This document shows, one piece after another, positions 8,709-17,532 of a stretch of DNA of 64,000 nucleotides. Position numbers and translations under genes: made by a program. Every line of letters begins with the position of its first letter. The first letter of the stretch is position 1. The notes under the pieces are model-generated. The model was given only the letters and a program-made list of their open reading frames with translations. It did not search any database and had not been told where the DNA came from. Source of the DNA: Trueperaceae bacterium (GTDB lineage Bacteria > Deinococcota > Deinococci > Deinococcales > Trueperaceae); the NCBI GenBank assembly GCA_965213705.1, contig OZ243913.1, forward strand, positions 1,919,052 through 1,983,051. Direction: 5' to 3'.

Positions 8709-8730
8709 CTGTCGTCAAACTGTCGTCAAA
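8709..8730 (+). repeat. tandem 11-mer (ACTGTCGTCAA x2), a candidate recombinase arm-type site near the left end of the island
   Basis: ACTGTCGTCAAACTGTCGTCAA shares an exact 18-mer, GTCGTCAAACTGTCGTCA, with 20578-20599 at the other end of the island. Confidence 0.6.
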
Positions 8731-8916
8731 TTCAAAGCCAGATTGTCGGTCAGGCACAGCATCTCTTGTGTGAAGACCGCTTACCGGATACCGATAAACT
8801 CGGCGGCATGTAGCTGAAACTGAAGTGCGCCTCAGTTGGCTATCTCTTAGCGCCTGACACGCCAAGTGCGCGGGGCGGTTCGCGCGGTAACCTTCAAGTG
8901 CGGCTACGTTTGCAGC

Positions 8917-9108
8917 ATGGTCAAGACTTATCGCTGTAGCAGATGCGACCGCGCCGTTGGCGTAGTTATCAAACCTCTCGAGGTGCGTTGCACCAAGTGT
9001 CGTGTGTTCATGCTCCCCGTCGAAACAACGGGAGTCAGAAAGCAAAGCAAGGGAAACGCTCTACTTGATTTGACCGTTAGGGTTTATTTGCCTTTGAGAG
9101 GTTCATAA
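8917..9108 (+). CDS. possible small zinc-ribbon protein (speculative)
   Basis: 63-aa ORF MVKTYRCSRCDRAVGVVIKPLEVRCTKCRVFML.. with CxxC-N13-CxxC. I saw no clear RBS, and it sits in an otherwise gene-poor, lower-GC stretch of the island. Confidence 0.2.
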   Translation: MVKTYRCSRCDRAVGVVIKPLEVRCTKCRVFMLPVETTGVRKQSKGNALLDLTVRVYLPLRGS

Positions 9109-9480
9109 GGTTTTCGACCACAGCAATTATTTTGCAACGCTGTGGTTCATGAGGTTTCCAACGCAGCCGAAAGCGCTCGAGCTTATCCGGATAAGGGAGG
9201 CTCGAAAACTGATTACTCTGAGGGAAACTTTCGGTCGTCGGCGGTTGCGATGATACCTTTACCTGGATGTGAGGCTCGAGCTAGCGCGTTGAATGCTGTA
9301 GCAAGTTCCTTTATACGAGGAGTCCACCGATGGTGCCGTGAACCTTCACAATAAGGACGGTCGTAATTCGTCACACTCCGCACACTCCCTATAAAGCTTC
9401 CAACATTTTCTCTTACGTCATGATGCAGTATAAAGGCTGACTGTTTGTCAAATTGACGTAAGCACGCTACACTAACGTCT

Positions 9481-9858
9481 ATGGACATAGACCATAAACT
9501 CCGGCTCGAGATTGAGCGCTACATGCGCCTAGAGCACACCAACCAAACGGAACTCGCCAAACGCCTCGACATGACGCCTCAGTACCTCAGCGACGTGATG
9601 ACGGGCCGCCGGGCCAAACTGCCCAAAAGTTTAGCGAGCATCCTTGCGGCGCTGAACCTAGAGCTGACCGTCACTCACCGAGACCGTGACACGTCTACCC
9701 TAGACCTGCCCGCAGACGTGGGAGCGTTGCTCGAGGCGTCCGGACCGCTCAAAAGCCACGAGGGGACGGGGAAGCCCCAGGGAAGTGGCGTGCGCCTTAC
9801 CGGGTCAGGTTTGATAAGTGACGCGGTGGTTGAGGAGCGCAACGAGCGCGTCCTGTGA
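9481..9858 (+). CDS. XRE-family HTH antitoxin
   Basis: 125 aa. NQTELAKRLDMTPQYLSDVMTGRR is an HTH_XRE-like motif. It is followed immediately by a PIN ORF. Confidence 0.75.
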   Translation: MDIDHKLRLEIERYMRLEHTNQTELAKRLDMTPQYLSDVMTGRRAKLPKSLASILAALNLELTVTHRDRDTSTLDLPADVGALLEASGPLKSHEGTGKPQGSGVRLTGSGLISDAVVEERNERVL

Positions 9859-9871
9859 CCCTCTGTTTAGA

Positions 9872-10291
9872 ATGACCCTGTACCTGGACACGAGCGCGTT
9901 TGTGAAGCTGTACGTCCTCGAGCCGCAATCAGACACCGTAAAAGCCGCTGTAGCGCGCGCTGAGGGTGTGGCGATAGCCGTCGTAGGTTACGCCGAAGCG
10001 CGGGCCGCTCTAGCCCGCGGACACCGCGAGGGACGGCTGGACGAGAGAGGTTATGAAAAAGCCAAAGGAGCGCTCGAGCGTGACTGGCAGGCGTTCACGT
10101 GGCTCGAGGTCACCGTCGGCATGGCAAGGCTTGCCGGGGGCCTGACCGAGCGCTACGCCCTGCGCGGCTTTGACGCGGTGCATCTGGCCGCCGCGCTGAT
10201 GCTGAACCGAGAGCGGGGCGGTGTGGTGTTCTTGGGCTACGACGACCGATTGAACGACGCGGCTCGTGGCGTCATACCGGTTTACGAGTAG
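9872..10291 (+). CDS. vapC: PIN-domain toxin (VapC-like)
   Basis: MTLYLDTSAFVKLYV.. (the first PIN Asp) and FDAVHLAAAL / GYDDRLNDAA motifs. ATG at 9872. Confidence 0.85.
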   Translation: MTLYLDTSAFVKLYVLEPQSDTVKAAVARAEGVAIAVVGYAEARAALARGHREGRLDERGYEKAKGALERDWQAFTWLEVTVGMARLAGGLTERYALRGFDAVHLAAALMLNRERGGVVFLGYDDRLNDAARGVIPVYE

Positions 10292-10366
10292 TCGGACCGT
10301 GATAACGAGCATTATCAGCGTAAATTTTACTGAGGGACTACCGAGTCGAACCGGTAGAATAAAACC

Positions 10367-13174
10367 ATGAACGAAGCGCAAACGCGGCGCGAGCTTATTG
10401 ACAAGGCGCTCGAGCAAGCCCGGTGGCACGTGACCAATAAACGGCAGGTCGGCATTGAAATTCCAGTGGACGGCTTCGACCCGTCGGTGTGGCAAGCGCT
10501 TCAAGCCACGCTCAAACGCGCAGGGCTGAGCGCCGACACCGAACTGCCCAAGGGCATCAGCGACTATGTGCTTTACCGGGACAACGGCGAGATTTTAGCC
10601 GTGGTCGAGGCCAAGCGCACCAGCACCGACCCCCGCTTAGCCGAGGCGCAGGCGCGCTTTTATGTGGGCGAGCTTGCCAAGCAGCAGGGCTTTACACCTT
10701 TTGCCTTTATGACCAATGGCCGAAAGATTTACTTTCTCGAGGCGGGCGTGTCGTCTAAGCGCGAGGTGCGCGGCTTTTTCACCAAACGCGACTTAGAGCG
10801 CCTCTTAGCCATCCGTGAGCGCCAGACGCCCCTCGCCACGACCCCTATCAACAACGCCATCACCGACCGGCCGTATCAGCACGAGGCGGTGCGCCGGGTG
10901 GGGGAGGCGTTCGACGCGGGCAAGCGCCGCACGCTGCTCGTCATGGCGACCGGCACCGGCAAGACCCGCACTGCCATGTCCACCGTGGACGTGTTCATGC
11001 GCAGTGGGCAGGCGCGGCACATCCTGTTCGTGGCCGACCGCGACGCGCTCGTCGACCAGGCCTTGACCGAGGGTTTTCGAGAACACCTGCCCGACGAGCC
11101 CGCCACGCGCATCTACAGCCACAAGATAGACAGTGCGAACCGCCTGTTCGTGGTGACGCTGCAAACGATTGACAAGTGCTTCAAACAGTTCTCCCCGGCG
11201 TTTTTCGACCTGATTATTTTCGACGAGGTTCACCGCTCGATTTTCAACAAGTGGAGCGACCCGGTGCAGTATTTCGACGCCCGCATGATTGGCCTGACCG
11301 CCACCCCCGCCAGCTTTATCGACCGCAACACCTTTGTCGAGTTCGGCTGTCCCGACGGGGTGGCGACCTTCGCGTACAGTTACAAACAAGCCGTCGCCGA
11401 GGGCTACCTCGTGGACTTTGAACTCGTGCAGGCGCAGACCGGCTTTCAGCGTAAGGGCATCCGCGGGGCCGACCTGAGCGAAGAGGAGAAGAACACGCTT
11501 ATCGAACAGGGCATCGACCCGGACGACCTCGAGCTGTCCGGCACCGACCTGGAGCGCACGGCGAGCAACCGCGACACCCTGCGCCAGCAGTGGCAAGAGA
11601 TTATGGACACCTGCCGCTTTGATAAGTCCGGCCAACTCATCGGCAAGACGATTGTGTTCGCCATGACCCAAGACCACGCGCTGCGCCTCGCCGACGTGTT
11701 CAACGAGATGTACCCGCAGTACCCCGACCTCGCCACGGTCATCACTTACCAGAGCGACTACAAGGGCAACGCCATCAAGCGGTTCAAGGGGCAAAGTGAG
11801 CCGCGCATCGCTATTTCAGTAGACATGTTGGAGACCGGCGTCAACGTGCCGGAGGCGGTCAACTTGGTCTTTATGCGCCCGGTGCAGTCGGGCATCAAAC
11901 TGGCGCAGATGATTGGGCGCGGCACCCGCACCCAGGAAGCGTGCAAGCACCTCGAGTGGTTGCCCGGCGGCGAGAAGAAAGACTTTCTCATCCTGGACTT
12001 TTGGCAAAACGACTTTGAAAAAGACCCGAGCCAGGCCCCGCCGCCGAGCTTGCCGGTGCTGGTGACGGTGTTCAACACCCGGCTCAAGCTGATGCAGCGC
12101 TATCTTGAAACTCAAACCAGCCCTGAGGCCGAGCGCACCAGAGGCGACCTGCGCGAGATGATTGCGCGCATCCCCCGAGAAAGCTACAACGTCGAAAAGC
12201 AGTGGGAGGATATTGCAGGAGCTTGGGAAGACGGCTTTTGGAGCTACCTCACCAAGAACAAGCTCGACTTTTTGCGCAACCGCGTCGCGCCGCTGCTGCG
12301 CTACGCCGCCGGGGTGGACGTGGCCGCCGAGACCTTCACCAGCAAGGTCGAACGCCTCAAGCTGCAACTCGCGCACGGTGACGCTAGCGACGACACGCTG
12401 CAAGCGGTCGCCGAGGACGTGAGCCGCCTGCCGGAGTTCGTTTACAGCGACGAGGCGAACAAAGCATCTTACGAGTTGGCTTTATCCGCCAACTTACGCA
12501 GCGCCAGCCCCGCTGAACTCGACCAGTTGATTGAACGCCTCGCGCCGCAGATGAAAAACCGGCGCGACAAGCCCGACGCCTTTTTAGAGTTCGACCTGAA
12601 AGACATGATTGCGGTGCGCAGCCACATCGTCTTAGACGAGCGCGGCGAGCCGCTTTATGCGCAGGCGTACCAACAGCGCGTCGAAGACCGCATTTTGGAG
12701 CTGGTTATGCGCCACCCGGCGATGCAGGCCGTCGAAGCGGGGGGTGAAGTCAGTGACACCTTGCTCATCGACTTAGAGCGCGTTCTTTACACCGACCTCG
12801 AGCAAGGCCCCCTGCACCTCACGCCGCGCAACATCCGCCGCGCTTACAACGTCAAGGTCGAGAGCTTGCTGGGCTTTGTGCGCTACCTGTTGGGGATTGA
12901 GCACTTCCGCGACTACGGCGACATCGTGACGCGGCAGTTCGACGCATATATCACCGGCAACGCTTTCAGCGCCAACCAGATTTACTTCTTGCGCGCCGTC
13001 AAAAGCGTGTTTCTAGCCAAGCGCAGCCTGCACGTCGCCGACCTGTACGAAGCGCCGCTGACCGCCTTCGGGCAGGACGCGGTCGAGCGCTACTTCAGCC
13101 AAGCCGAGATTGACGACGTGTTAGCCTTTACCCGGCAGCTCGCCGTTACCGACCTCGCAAGCGCCCAGGTTTAA
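10367..13174 (+). CDS. hsdR: type I restriction endonuclease subunit R
   Basis: 935 aa. HsdR_N-like MNEAQTRRELIDKALEQARW..VVEAKR, helicase motif I MATGTGKT, motif II IFDEVHR, and a long helical C-terminal domain. hsdM and hsdS follow. Confidence 0.95.
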   Translation: MNEAQTRRELIDKALEQARWHVTNKRQVGIEIPVDGFDPSVWQALQATLKRAGLSADTELPKGISDYVLYRDNGEILAVVEAKRTSTDPRLAEAQARFYVGELAKQQGFTPFAFMTNGRKIYFLEAGVSSKREVRGFFTKRDLERLLAIRERQTPLATTPINNAITDRPYQHEAVRRVGEAFDAGKRRTLLVMATGTGKTRTAMSTVDVFMRSGQARHILFVADRDALVDQALTEGFREHLPDEPATRIYSHKIDSANRLFVVTLQTIDKCFKQFSPAFFDLIIFDEVHRSIFNKWSDPVQYFDARMIGLTATPASFIDRNTFVEFGCPDGVATFAYSYKQAVAEGYLVDFELVQAQTGFQRKGIRGADLSEEEKNTLIEQGIDPDDLELSGTDLERTASNRDTLRQQWQEIMDTCRFDKSGQLIGKTIVFAMTQDHALRLADVFNEMYPQYPDLATVITYQSDYKGNAIKRFKGQSEPRIAISVDMLETGVNVPEAVNLVFMRPVQSGIKLAQMIGRGTRTQEACKHLEWLPGGEKKDFLILDFWQNDFEKDPSQAPPPSLPVLVTVFNTRLKLMQRYLETQTSPEAERTRGDLREMIARIPRESYNVEKQWEDIAGAWEDGFWSYLTKNKLDFLRNRVAPLLRYAAGVDVAAETFTSKVERLKLQLAHGDASDDTLQAVAEDVSRLPEFVYSDEANKASYELALSANLRSASPAELDQLIERLAPQMKNRRDKPDAFLEFDLKDMIAVRSHIVLDERGEPLYAQAYQQRVEDRILELVMRHPAMQAVEAGGEVSDTLLIDLERVLYTDLEQGPLHLTPRNIRRAYNVKVESLLGFVRYLLGIEHFRDYGDIVTRQFDAYITGNAFSANQIYFLRAVKSVFLAKRSLHVADLYEAPLTAFGQDAVERYFSQAEIDDVLAFTRQLAVTDLASAQV

Positions 13175-13198
13175 GAGACAGCCCAAAAGGAGACTCCC

Positions 13199-14914
13199 AT
13201 GCTCACCGACCCGGCCCTGAAAAGTCAGGTAGACCAACTTTGGGACAAGCTGTGGACGGGCGGCCTGTCCAACCCGCTCGACGCCATCGAACAGTTTTCG
13301 TACCTGCTCTTTTTGAAGCGCTTAGACGAAGCCGAGGACGCCCGCGAAAAACAAGCCGCGCGGCGCGGCCTGGACTACACCCCGAACATCCCCACCGACA
13401 TGCGCTGGAAAGTCTGGACGCAGTACGGGGCCAAGGAGATGCTCGAGCACCTCAAAAACAGCGTCTTCCCCTGGTTTCGTAGTTTGAGCGGCGACACCAA
13501 CAGCTCGTTCGCCAGGTACATGCAAAACGCCGAACTTAAAATCAACAAGCCGACGCTGCTCGTGCAGGCCGTCAACCTCATCGACACGATGCAGGTCAGC
13601 GCCCAAAACCGAGACGTGCAGGGCGACCTGTACGAGTACCTGCTGAGTCACCTGTCCACCGCCGGGCGCAACGGCCAGTTCCGCACCCCGCGCCACGTCA
13701 TCCGCATGATGGTCAAGATGATAGACCCGCGCCCCGCCGAGCGCATCGGCGATTTAGCGGCGGGGACGGCGGGCTTTCTGGTCAACGCTTTTGAACACAT
13801 CTTGGAGCAAAACACCTCTCCCGACATCCTCAACTATGACGCGGCGGGCGAGGTTCACGGCGCGGTCGGCGACCGGCTCAGCCCCGAAGAACGCGCCCAC
13901 CTGCAAGGCCCCGAAGGGCTGCGCGGCTTTGACAACGACTCGGGCATGACCATGCTCCGCATCGGCTCGATGAACCTGATGCTGCACGGGTTGAGTTCGC
14001 CAAACTTCGAGTACGCCGACACGCTCAGCAAGGGTTTCGGCCAGGAAAACGCCTACGACGTGCTGCTCATGAACCCGCCCTTCAAGGGCGCGGTGGACAA
14101 GGGCGACGTGAGCGACACCCTGCCGAGCACCACCACCAAGAGCGAACTCTTGTTCATCCACCTCATGCTCCGCGCGCTGGACATGGGGGGCCGCGCCGCC
14201 GTCATCGTGCCGGACGGGGTGCTGTTCGGCAGCAGCAAGGCCCACCTTGAAACCCGCCGCAAACTCATCGAACAAAACCGCTTGGAGGGCGTCGTCAGTA
14301 TGCCGTCGGGCGTGTTCAAGCCCTACGCCGGGGTCAGCACCGCCGTGCTACTGTTCACCAAGGGCGCGACGACCGACAAGGTTTGGTTTTACGACATGCA
14401 GCACGACGGCTACAGCTTAGACGACAAGCGCCAGCCCGTCCTTGAGAACGACATCCCCGACCTGCTGACCTGCTGGGCGCACCGCCACGACCCCACCTTT
14501 GCCGCGGCGCGGGCGCAGCGCCTCGAGACCCTCCTCACCCAAGCCGCCCCGCTCAAACAAAAGCGCCTAGCCATGCAAGCCGACATCAACCGCCTGACGT
14601 TCGAGAGCGTGATAGCGGCCAGCGGCGACGAGGCCGACCGAGCCAGAGCCGCCTTGGAGCAAGACCGGCAAACCCTGAGCGACCTTGCCGCCCGAATCGC
14701 CCCGTTGCAAGCGCAGCTAGACCGGCTCACCCGCCAGTTTTGGGTGAGCAAGGCCGAGGTCAAAGCCAACAAATACGACCTCTCCGCCAGCCGCTACCGC
14801 CAGGTCGCCCAAGACGAAACCTATTTTGAAAAGCCCGAGGTGACGCTTGCGAGACTGTTGAGGCTCGAGCAGGTGATGACAAATGAAATCAAAGAGTTGG
14901 AGGCTGCTGTTTAA
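13199..14914 (+). CDS. hsdM: type I R-M N6-adenine DNA methyltransferase subunit M
   Basis: 571 aa. HsdM_N-like LWDKLWTGGLSNPLDAIEQFSYLLFLKRL, AdoMet motif DLAAGTAGFL, catalytic LLMNPPF, and a coiled-coil C-terminal extension. AAGGAG RBS. Confidence 0.95.
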   Translation: MLTDPALKSQVDQLWDKLWTGGLSNPLDAIEQFSYLLFLKRLDEAEDAREKQAARRGLDYTPNIPTDMRWKVWTQYGAKEMLEHLKNSVFPWFRSLSGDTNSSFARYMQNAELKINKPTLLVQAVNLIDTMQVSAQNRDVQGDLYEYLLSHLSTAGRNGQFRTPRHVIRMMVKMIDPRPAERIGDLAAGTAGFLVNAFEHILEQNTSPDILNYDAAGEVHGAVGDRLSPEERAHLQGPEGLRGFDNDSGMTMLRIGSMNLMLHGLSSPNFEYADTLSKGFGQENAYDVLLMNPPFKGAVDKGDVSDTLPSTTTKSELLFIHLMLRALDMGGRAAVIVPDGVLFGSSKAHLETRRKLIEQNRLEGVVSMPSGVFKPYAGVSTAVLLFTKGATTDKVWFYDMQHDGYSLDDKRQPVLENDIPDLLTCWAHRHDPTFAAARAQRLETLLTQAAPLKQKRLAMQADINRLTFESVIAASGDEADRARAALEQDRQTLSDLAARIAPLQAQLDRLTRQFWVSKAEVKANKYDLSASRYRQVAQDETYFEKPEVTLARLLRLEQVMTNEIKELEAAV

Positions 14915-16068
14915 TGGAATTCGAGACGGTTAGCTTGAAGAGTGTTTGCACTTTTCTTGATAATCAGCGCGTTCCTATTACTGACGCAGACCGTAAACCT
15001 GGACCGTATCCCTACTATGGAGCAAACGGACAACAAGACTCAATTCATGATTATATTTTTGATGAGCCGTTAGTTTTACTTGCAGAGGATGGGGGGCATT
15101 TCGGCTCAAAAACGAGACCCATCGCCTATAAGGTCTCAGGCAAATGCTGGGTTAATAATCACGCTCATGTGCTACGCCCTAAAGAAATCTGTGATGTTGA
15201 TTATCTGCATCGTGTTTTAAGTTTCTATGATGTCTCCCAATATATTACAGGTTCTACAAGAGCAAAACTAACCAAAAGTAAAGCGGAAGAAATCAAAATT
15301 CCCCTCCCCCCGCTCCTCGAGCAAAAACGCATCGCCGCCGTCCTCGCCAAAGCCGACCGCCTGCGGCGCTTGCGGAGGTACGGACTCGAGCTTGCCGACA
15401 CCTATCTGCAACCGGTCTTTCTGGAAATGTTTGGCGACCCTGCTAAAAATCCAAAAGGATGGTTAGAAACGACAATTTTTAGTATTGCAACTAAAGTAAC
15501 AGATGGAGAACACGCTACACCCCAACGCACCGAGTCAGGAATTAAGCTGCTTTCGGCACGTAATATCCAAAACGGTTACATTGATTTTAATGCAGAGCTT
15601 GACTATATCCCACAGTACGAGTACGAGCGCATTAGAAAAAGATGCAACCCTGAAATTGGCGATGTGTTGATGTCTTGCTCGGGAACAATTGGAAGAGTGG
15701 CAACCGTACAAACTTTAGAACCGCTCTCAATGGTCAGAAGCGTAGCTTTAATCAAGCCCAACCATACAAGAATAAACTCGAGATTCCTTGAACACTTTCT
15801 CAGAACTCAGCACAGTCAGCGCTTAATTAACCAAAGTGCCAATAAATCAAGTCAAGCAAATATCTTTATTTCGCCCATCAAAGAATTACCTGTTTTCGTG
15901 CCACCCTTAGACCTCCAACAAAAATTCGCTCACATTGTCCAGAAGTTTGAACGGCTGCGGGTGCAGGGGCTCGAGGCGCAGAGGCAGGCGGAAGCGTTGT
16001 TTGGGGCGCTGCTGCACCGGGCGTTTACGGGGGAGCTGACGGGGGCGGGGCTCGAGGTTGTAAAGTAA
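14914..16068 (+). CDS. hsdS: type I R-M specificity subunit S (two target-recognition domains)
   Basis: 384 aa. The ATG overlaps the hsdM stop (TAATG). Two AT-rich TRDs are separated by the conserved helices PLPPLLEQKRIAAVLAKADRL and VPPLDLQQKFAHIVQKFERL. Confidence 0.9.
   Translation: MEFETVSLKSVCTFLDNQRVPITDADRKPGPYPYYGANGQQDSIHDYIFDEPLVLLAEDGGHFGSKTRPIAYKVSGKCWVNNHAHVLRPKEICDVDYLHRVLSFYDVSQYITGSTRAKLTKSKAEEIKIPLPPLLEQKRIAAVLAKADRLRRLRRYGLELADTYLQPVFLEMFGDPAKNPKGWLETTIFSIATKVTDGEHATPQRTESGIKLLSARNIQNGYIDFNAELDYIPQYEYERIRKRCNPEIGDVLMSCSGTIGRVATVQTLEPLSMVRSVALIKPNHTRINSRFLEHFLRTQHSQRLINQSANKSSQANIFISPIKELPVFVPPLDLQQKFAHIVQKFERLRVQGLEAQRQAEALFGALLHRAFTGELTGAGLEVVK
16047..16067 (+). repeat. 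direct repeat copy 1 (hsdS 3' terminus, GLEVVK-stop)
   Basis: GGGGCTCGAGGTTGTAAAGTA. It recurs 730 bp downstream with one mismatch. Confidence 0.8.
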
Positions 16069-16122
16069 AACGAGAACAGCCAATGATTTAGGTTTTGACC
16101 ACGTTTGTGCTAAATTGCCAAC

Positions 16123-16371
16123 ATGGAAAGCTTTAGGGTAAAAATCGGCTCCAATGGCAGGTTTGTCATTCCTGCCGAGTATCGCAAGGCGCTCGGGGTC
16201 GAGGCGGGTGACGAGCTTGTGGTGCGGCTCGAGGATGGCGAGTTACGCCTTTCGACGCGCAAGCTTGCCCTCGAGCGGGCGCAAGACCTCGTTCGGCGCT
16301 ACGTCCCCGCGGGCGTGTCGCTGTCCGACGAGTTGCTGGCCGAGCGCCGTGAGGCAGCGACCAAGGAATGA
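16123..16371 (+). CDS. vapB: AbrB/MazE/SpoVT-family antitoxin (VapB)
   Basis: 82 aa. FRVKIGSNGRFVIPAEYRKALGVEAGDELVV has a swapped-hairpin AbrB-like signature. It overlaps the PIN ORF by 4 nt. Confidence 0.85.
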   Translation: MESFRVKIGSNGRFVIPAEYRKALGVEAGDELVVRLEDGELRLSTRKLALERAQDLVRRYVPAGVSLSDELLAERREAATKE

Positions 16372-16757
16372 GCGTGGTCTTGGACGCTTCCGCGCTGCTG
16401 GCGTTTTTAGGTGCTGAACCCGGTGCCGAGCGCGTCGCGGCGCACCTGAACGAGGGGGCGCTGATGAGCGCGGTCAACTTGGCTGAAGTCGTGAGCAAAC
16501 TCAGCGAGCGGGGGATGCCGCTGGAGGCTGTTCGGAGCGCGGTCGGAGGGCTTGGGTTGCAGCTCGAGGTCTTCGACGAAGCGTCGGCCTACGCGGCGGG
16601 CGACCTGCGTAGGTTGACGCAAGCGCAAGGCTTGTCCCTGGGCGATAGGGCTTGTTTGGCGCTGGGCATCCGGGTCAGAAGCCGCGTCCTTACGACCGAC
16701 CGCGCTTGGGACGCCATCGCCGCCATGCCCGGCCTTATGGTGGAACAAGTCCGCTAG
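16368..16757 (+). CDS. vapC: PIN-domain toxin (VapC)
   Basis: 129 aa with MSVVLDASALLAFL.., SAVNLAEVVSKL and LSLGDRACLALG motifs. Confidence 0.85.
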   Translation: MSVVLDASALLAFLGAEPGAERVAAHLNEGALMSAVNLAEVVSKLSERGMPLEAVRSAVGGLGLQLEVFDEASAYAAGDLRRLTQAQGLSLGDRACLALGIRVRSRVLTTDRAWDAIAAMPGLMVEQVR

Positions 16758-16776
16758 CCACGAGCTTAACGGACAA

Positions 16777-16797
16777 GGGGCTCGAGGTTGTAAAATA
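16777..16797 (+). repeat. direct repeat copy 2 (relic hsdS-like 3' terminus)
   Basis: GGGGCTCGAGGTTGTAAAATA. In frame it reads ..SLTDKGLEVVK-stop, against ..ELTGAGLEVVK-stop at the real hsdS end. Confidence 0.8.
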
Positions 16798-16847
16798 GTG
16801 AGACAAAAAGAAAGGTTCGAGCCCTATCCTTTCTTTTCGAGGCGTTT

Positions 16848-17176
16848 ATGTTTGCATTACCGACACAGCGCGAAGGGGAGTATCTCGAGCGCACCCTAGA
16901 CGGGGAGCGGGTACAGGCATTCGTGCCCGCGCCGTTGCCGCCAGCGCCGCCGGGTCGGCGCTTCAAGTTTTGCAAATTGCGCAGAAGCGGGTGCTCTTCT
17001 CCGCTGCTGATGTCGGCGGCGAGTTGAACATTTCATTGCCGACGGTGCGCAAGTCGCTTGATGGTTTAGAGGTGTTGGGTATTTTGCGTGAAGTCACCGG
17101 CAAGGGGAGGAACAAGGTGTGGCTTTACAGTGAATACCTGCGTATCCTGAACGAAGGGACAGAACCTATCAGATGA
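16848..17176 (+). pseudogene. Fic-family protein remnant (N-terminal and C-terminal ends only)
   Basis: ATG 16848 gives MFALPTQREGEYLERTLDGERVQAFVPAPLPPAPP (Fic_N-like). A different frame (16970-17176) encodes the winged-helix tail VLFSAADVGGELNISLPTVRKSLDGLEVLGILREVTGKGRNKVW. No HPFxxGNGR core lies between them. Confidence 0.6.
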
Positions 17177-17532
17177 GACAGCTTGCCTTTTTGGAGACCG
17201 GTTTTCCCGAAATCTGTAGGGCGTCTCGGGCCGAAGGGAGTGTCAAAAGTGACTTGCGGAGTTCTCGCTTATGTGCCCGGCGTGCGCTCGAGCTTGCCGT
17301 GACCTGGCTGTCTAAAAAGTGTAGTGTCCTATCGTCCTGTGAGCGCGAGGCACACACCTCGGCCAAGGAGCTGCCGCGGCTCGAGAACGAACTTAAAAAC
17401 CGGGGCGACGCGGCTCGCTTTCGGGCACAGCAGCTCGAGCCAAGCCAACTCACCGTTCTGGTGTATCTTGAATACCAATCCAACAAGACCGACAATAAAT
17501 TTTGTCGCGAAGCCGGGGCAAAAGACTTTTGA
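17173..17532 (+). CDS. DUF4145-like helical module, possibly degraded
   Basis: 119-aa ORF. FPEICRASRAE..SRLCARRALELAVTWL and LKNRGDAARF resemble the HsdR-N/DUF4145 pattern (..RRALE.. / ..GNxAAH), but key residues are altered. The stop overlaps the next ATG (TGATG). Confidence 0.35.
   Translation: MRQLAFLETGFPEICRASRAEGSVKSDLRSSRLCARRALELAVTWLSKKCSVLSSCEREAHTSAKELPRLENELKNRGDAARFRAQQLEPSQLTVLVYLEYQSNKTDNKFCREAGAKDF

Noticed and set aside
8603-9480. Degenerate tyrosine-integrase remnant next to the att core
   Set aside because: HHDVRENVG (minus strand, about 9420) and RLRWKPHE (about 9150) look a little like box II (HxLRH) and box I. Their order along the strand is the reverse of a real integrase, and nothing resembles the C-terminal ..LGH..Y motif.
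10805-11794. 329-aa antisense ORF inside hsdR, with similar antisense ORFs in the YibE/F gene (2325-3221), the USP gene (32691-33539), the PASTA gene (44322-45173) and the TPR gene (50755-51444)
   Set aside because: These are antisense shadows of well-supported genes in GC-rich DNA, with no independent signals.
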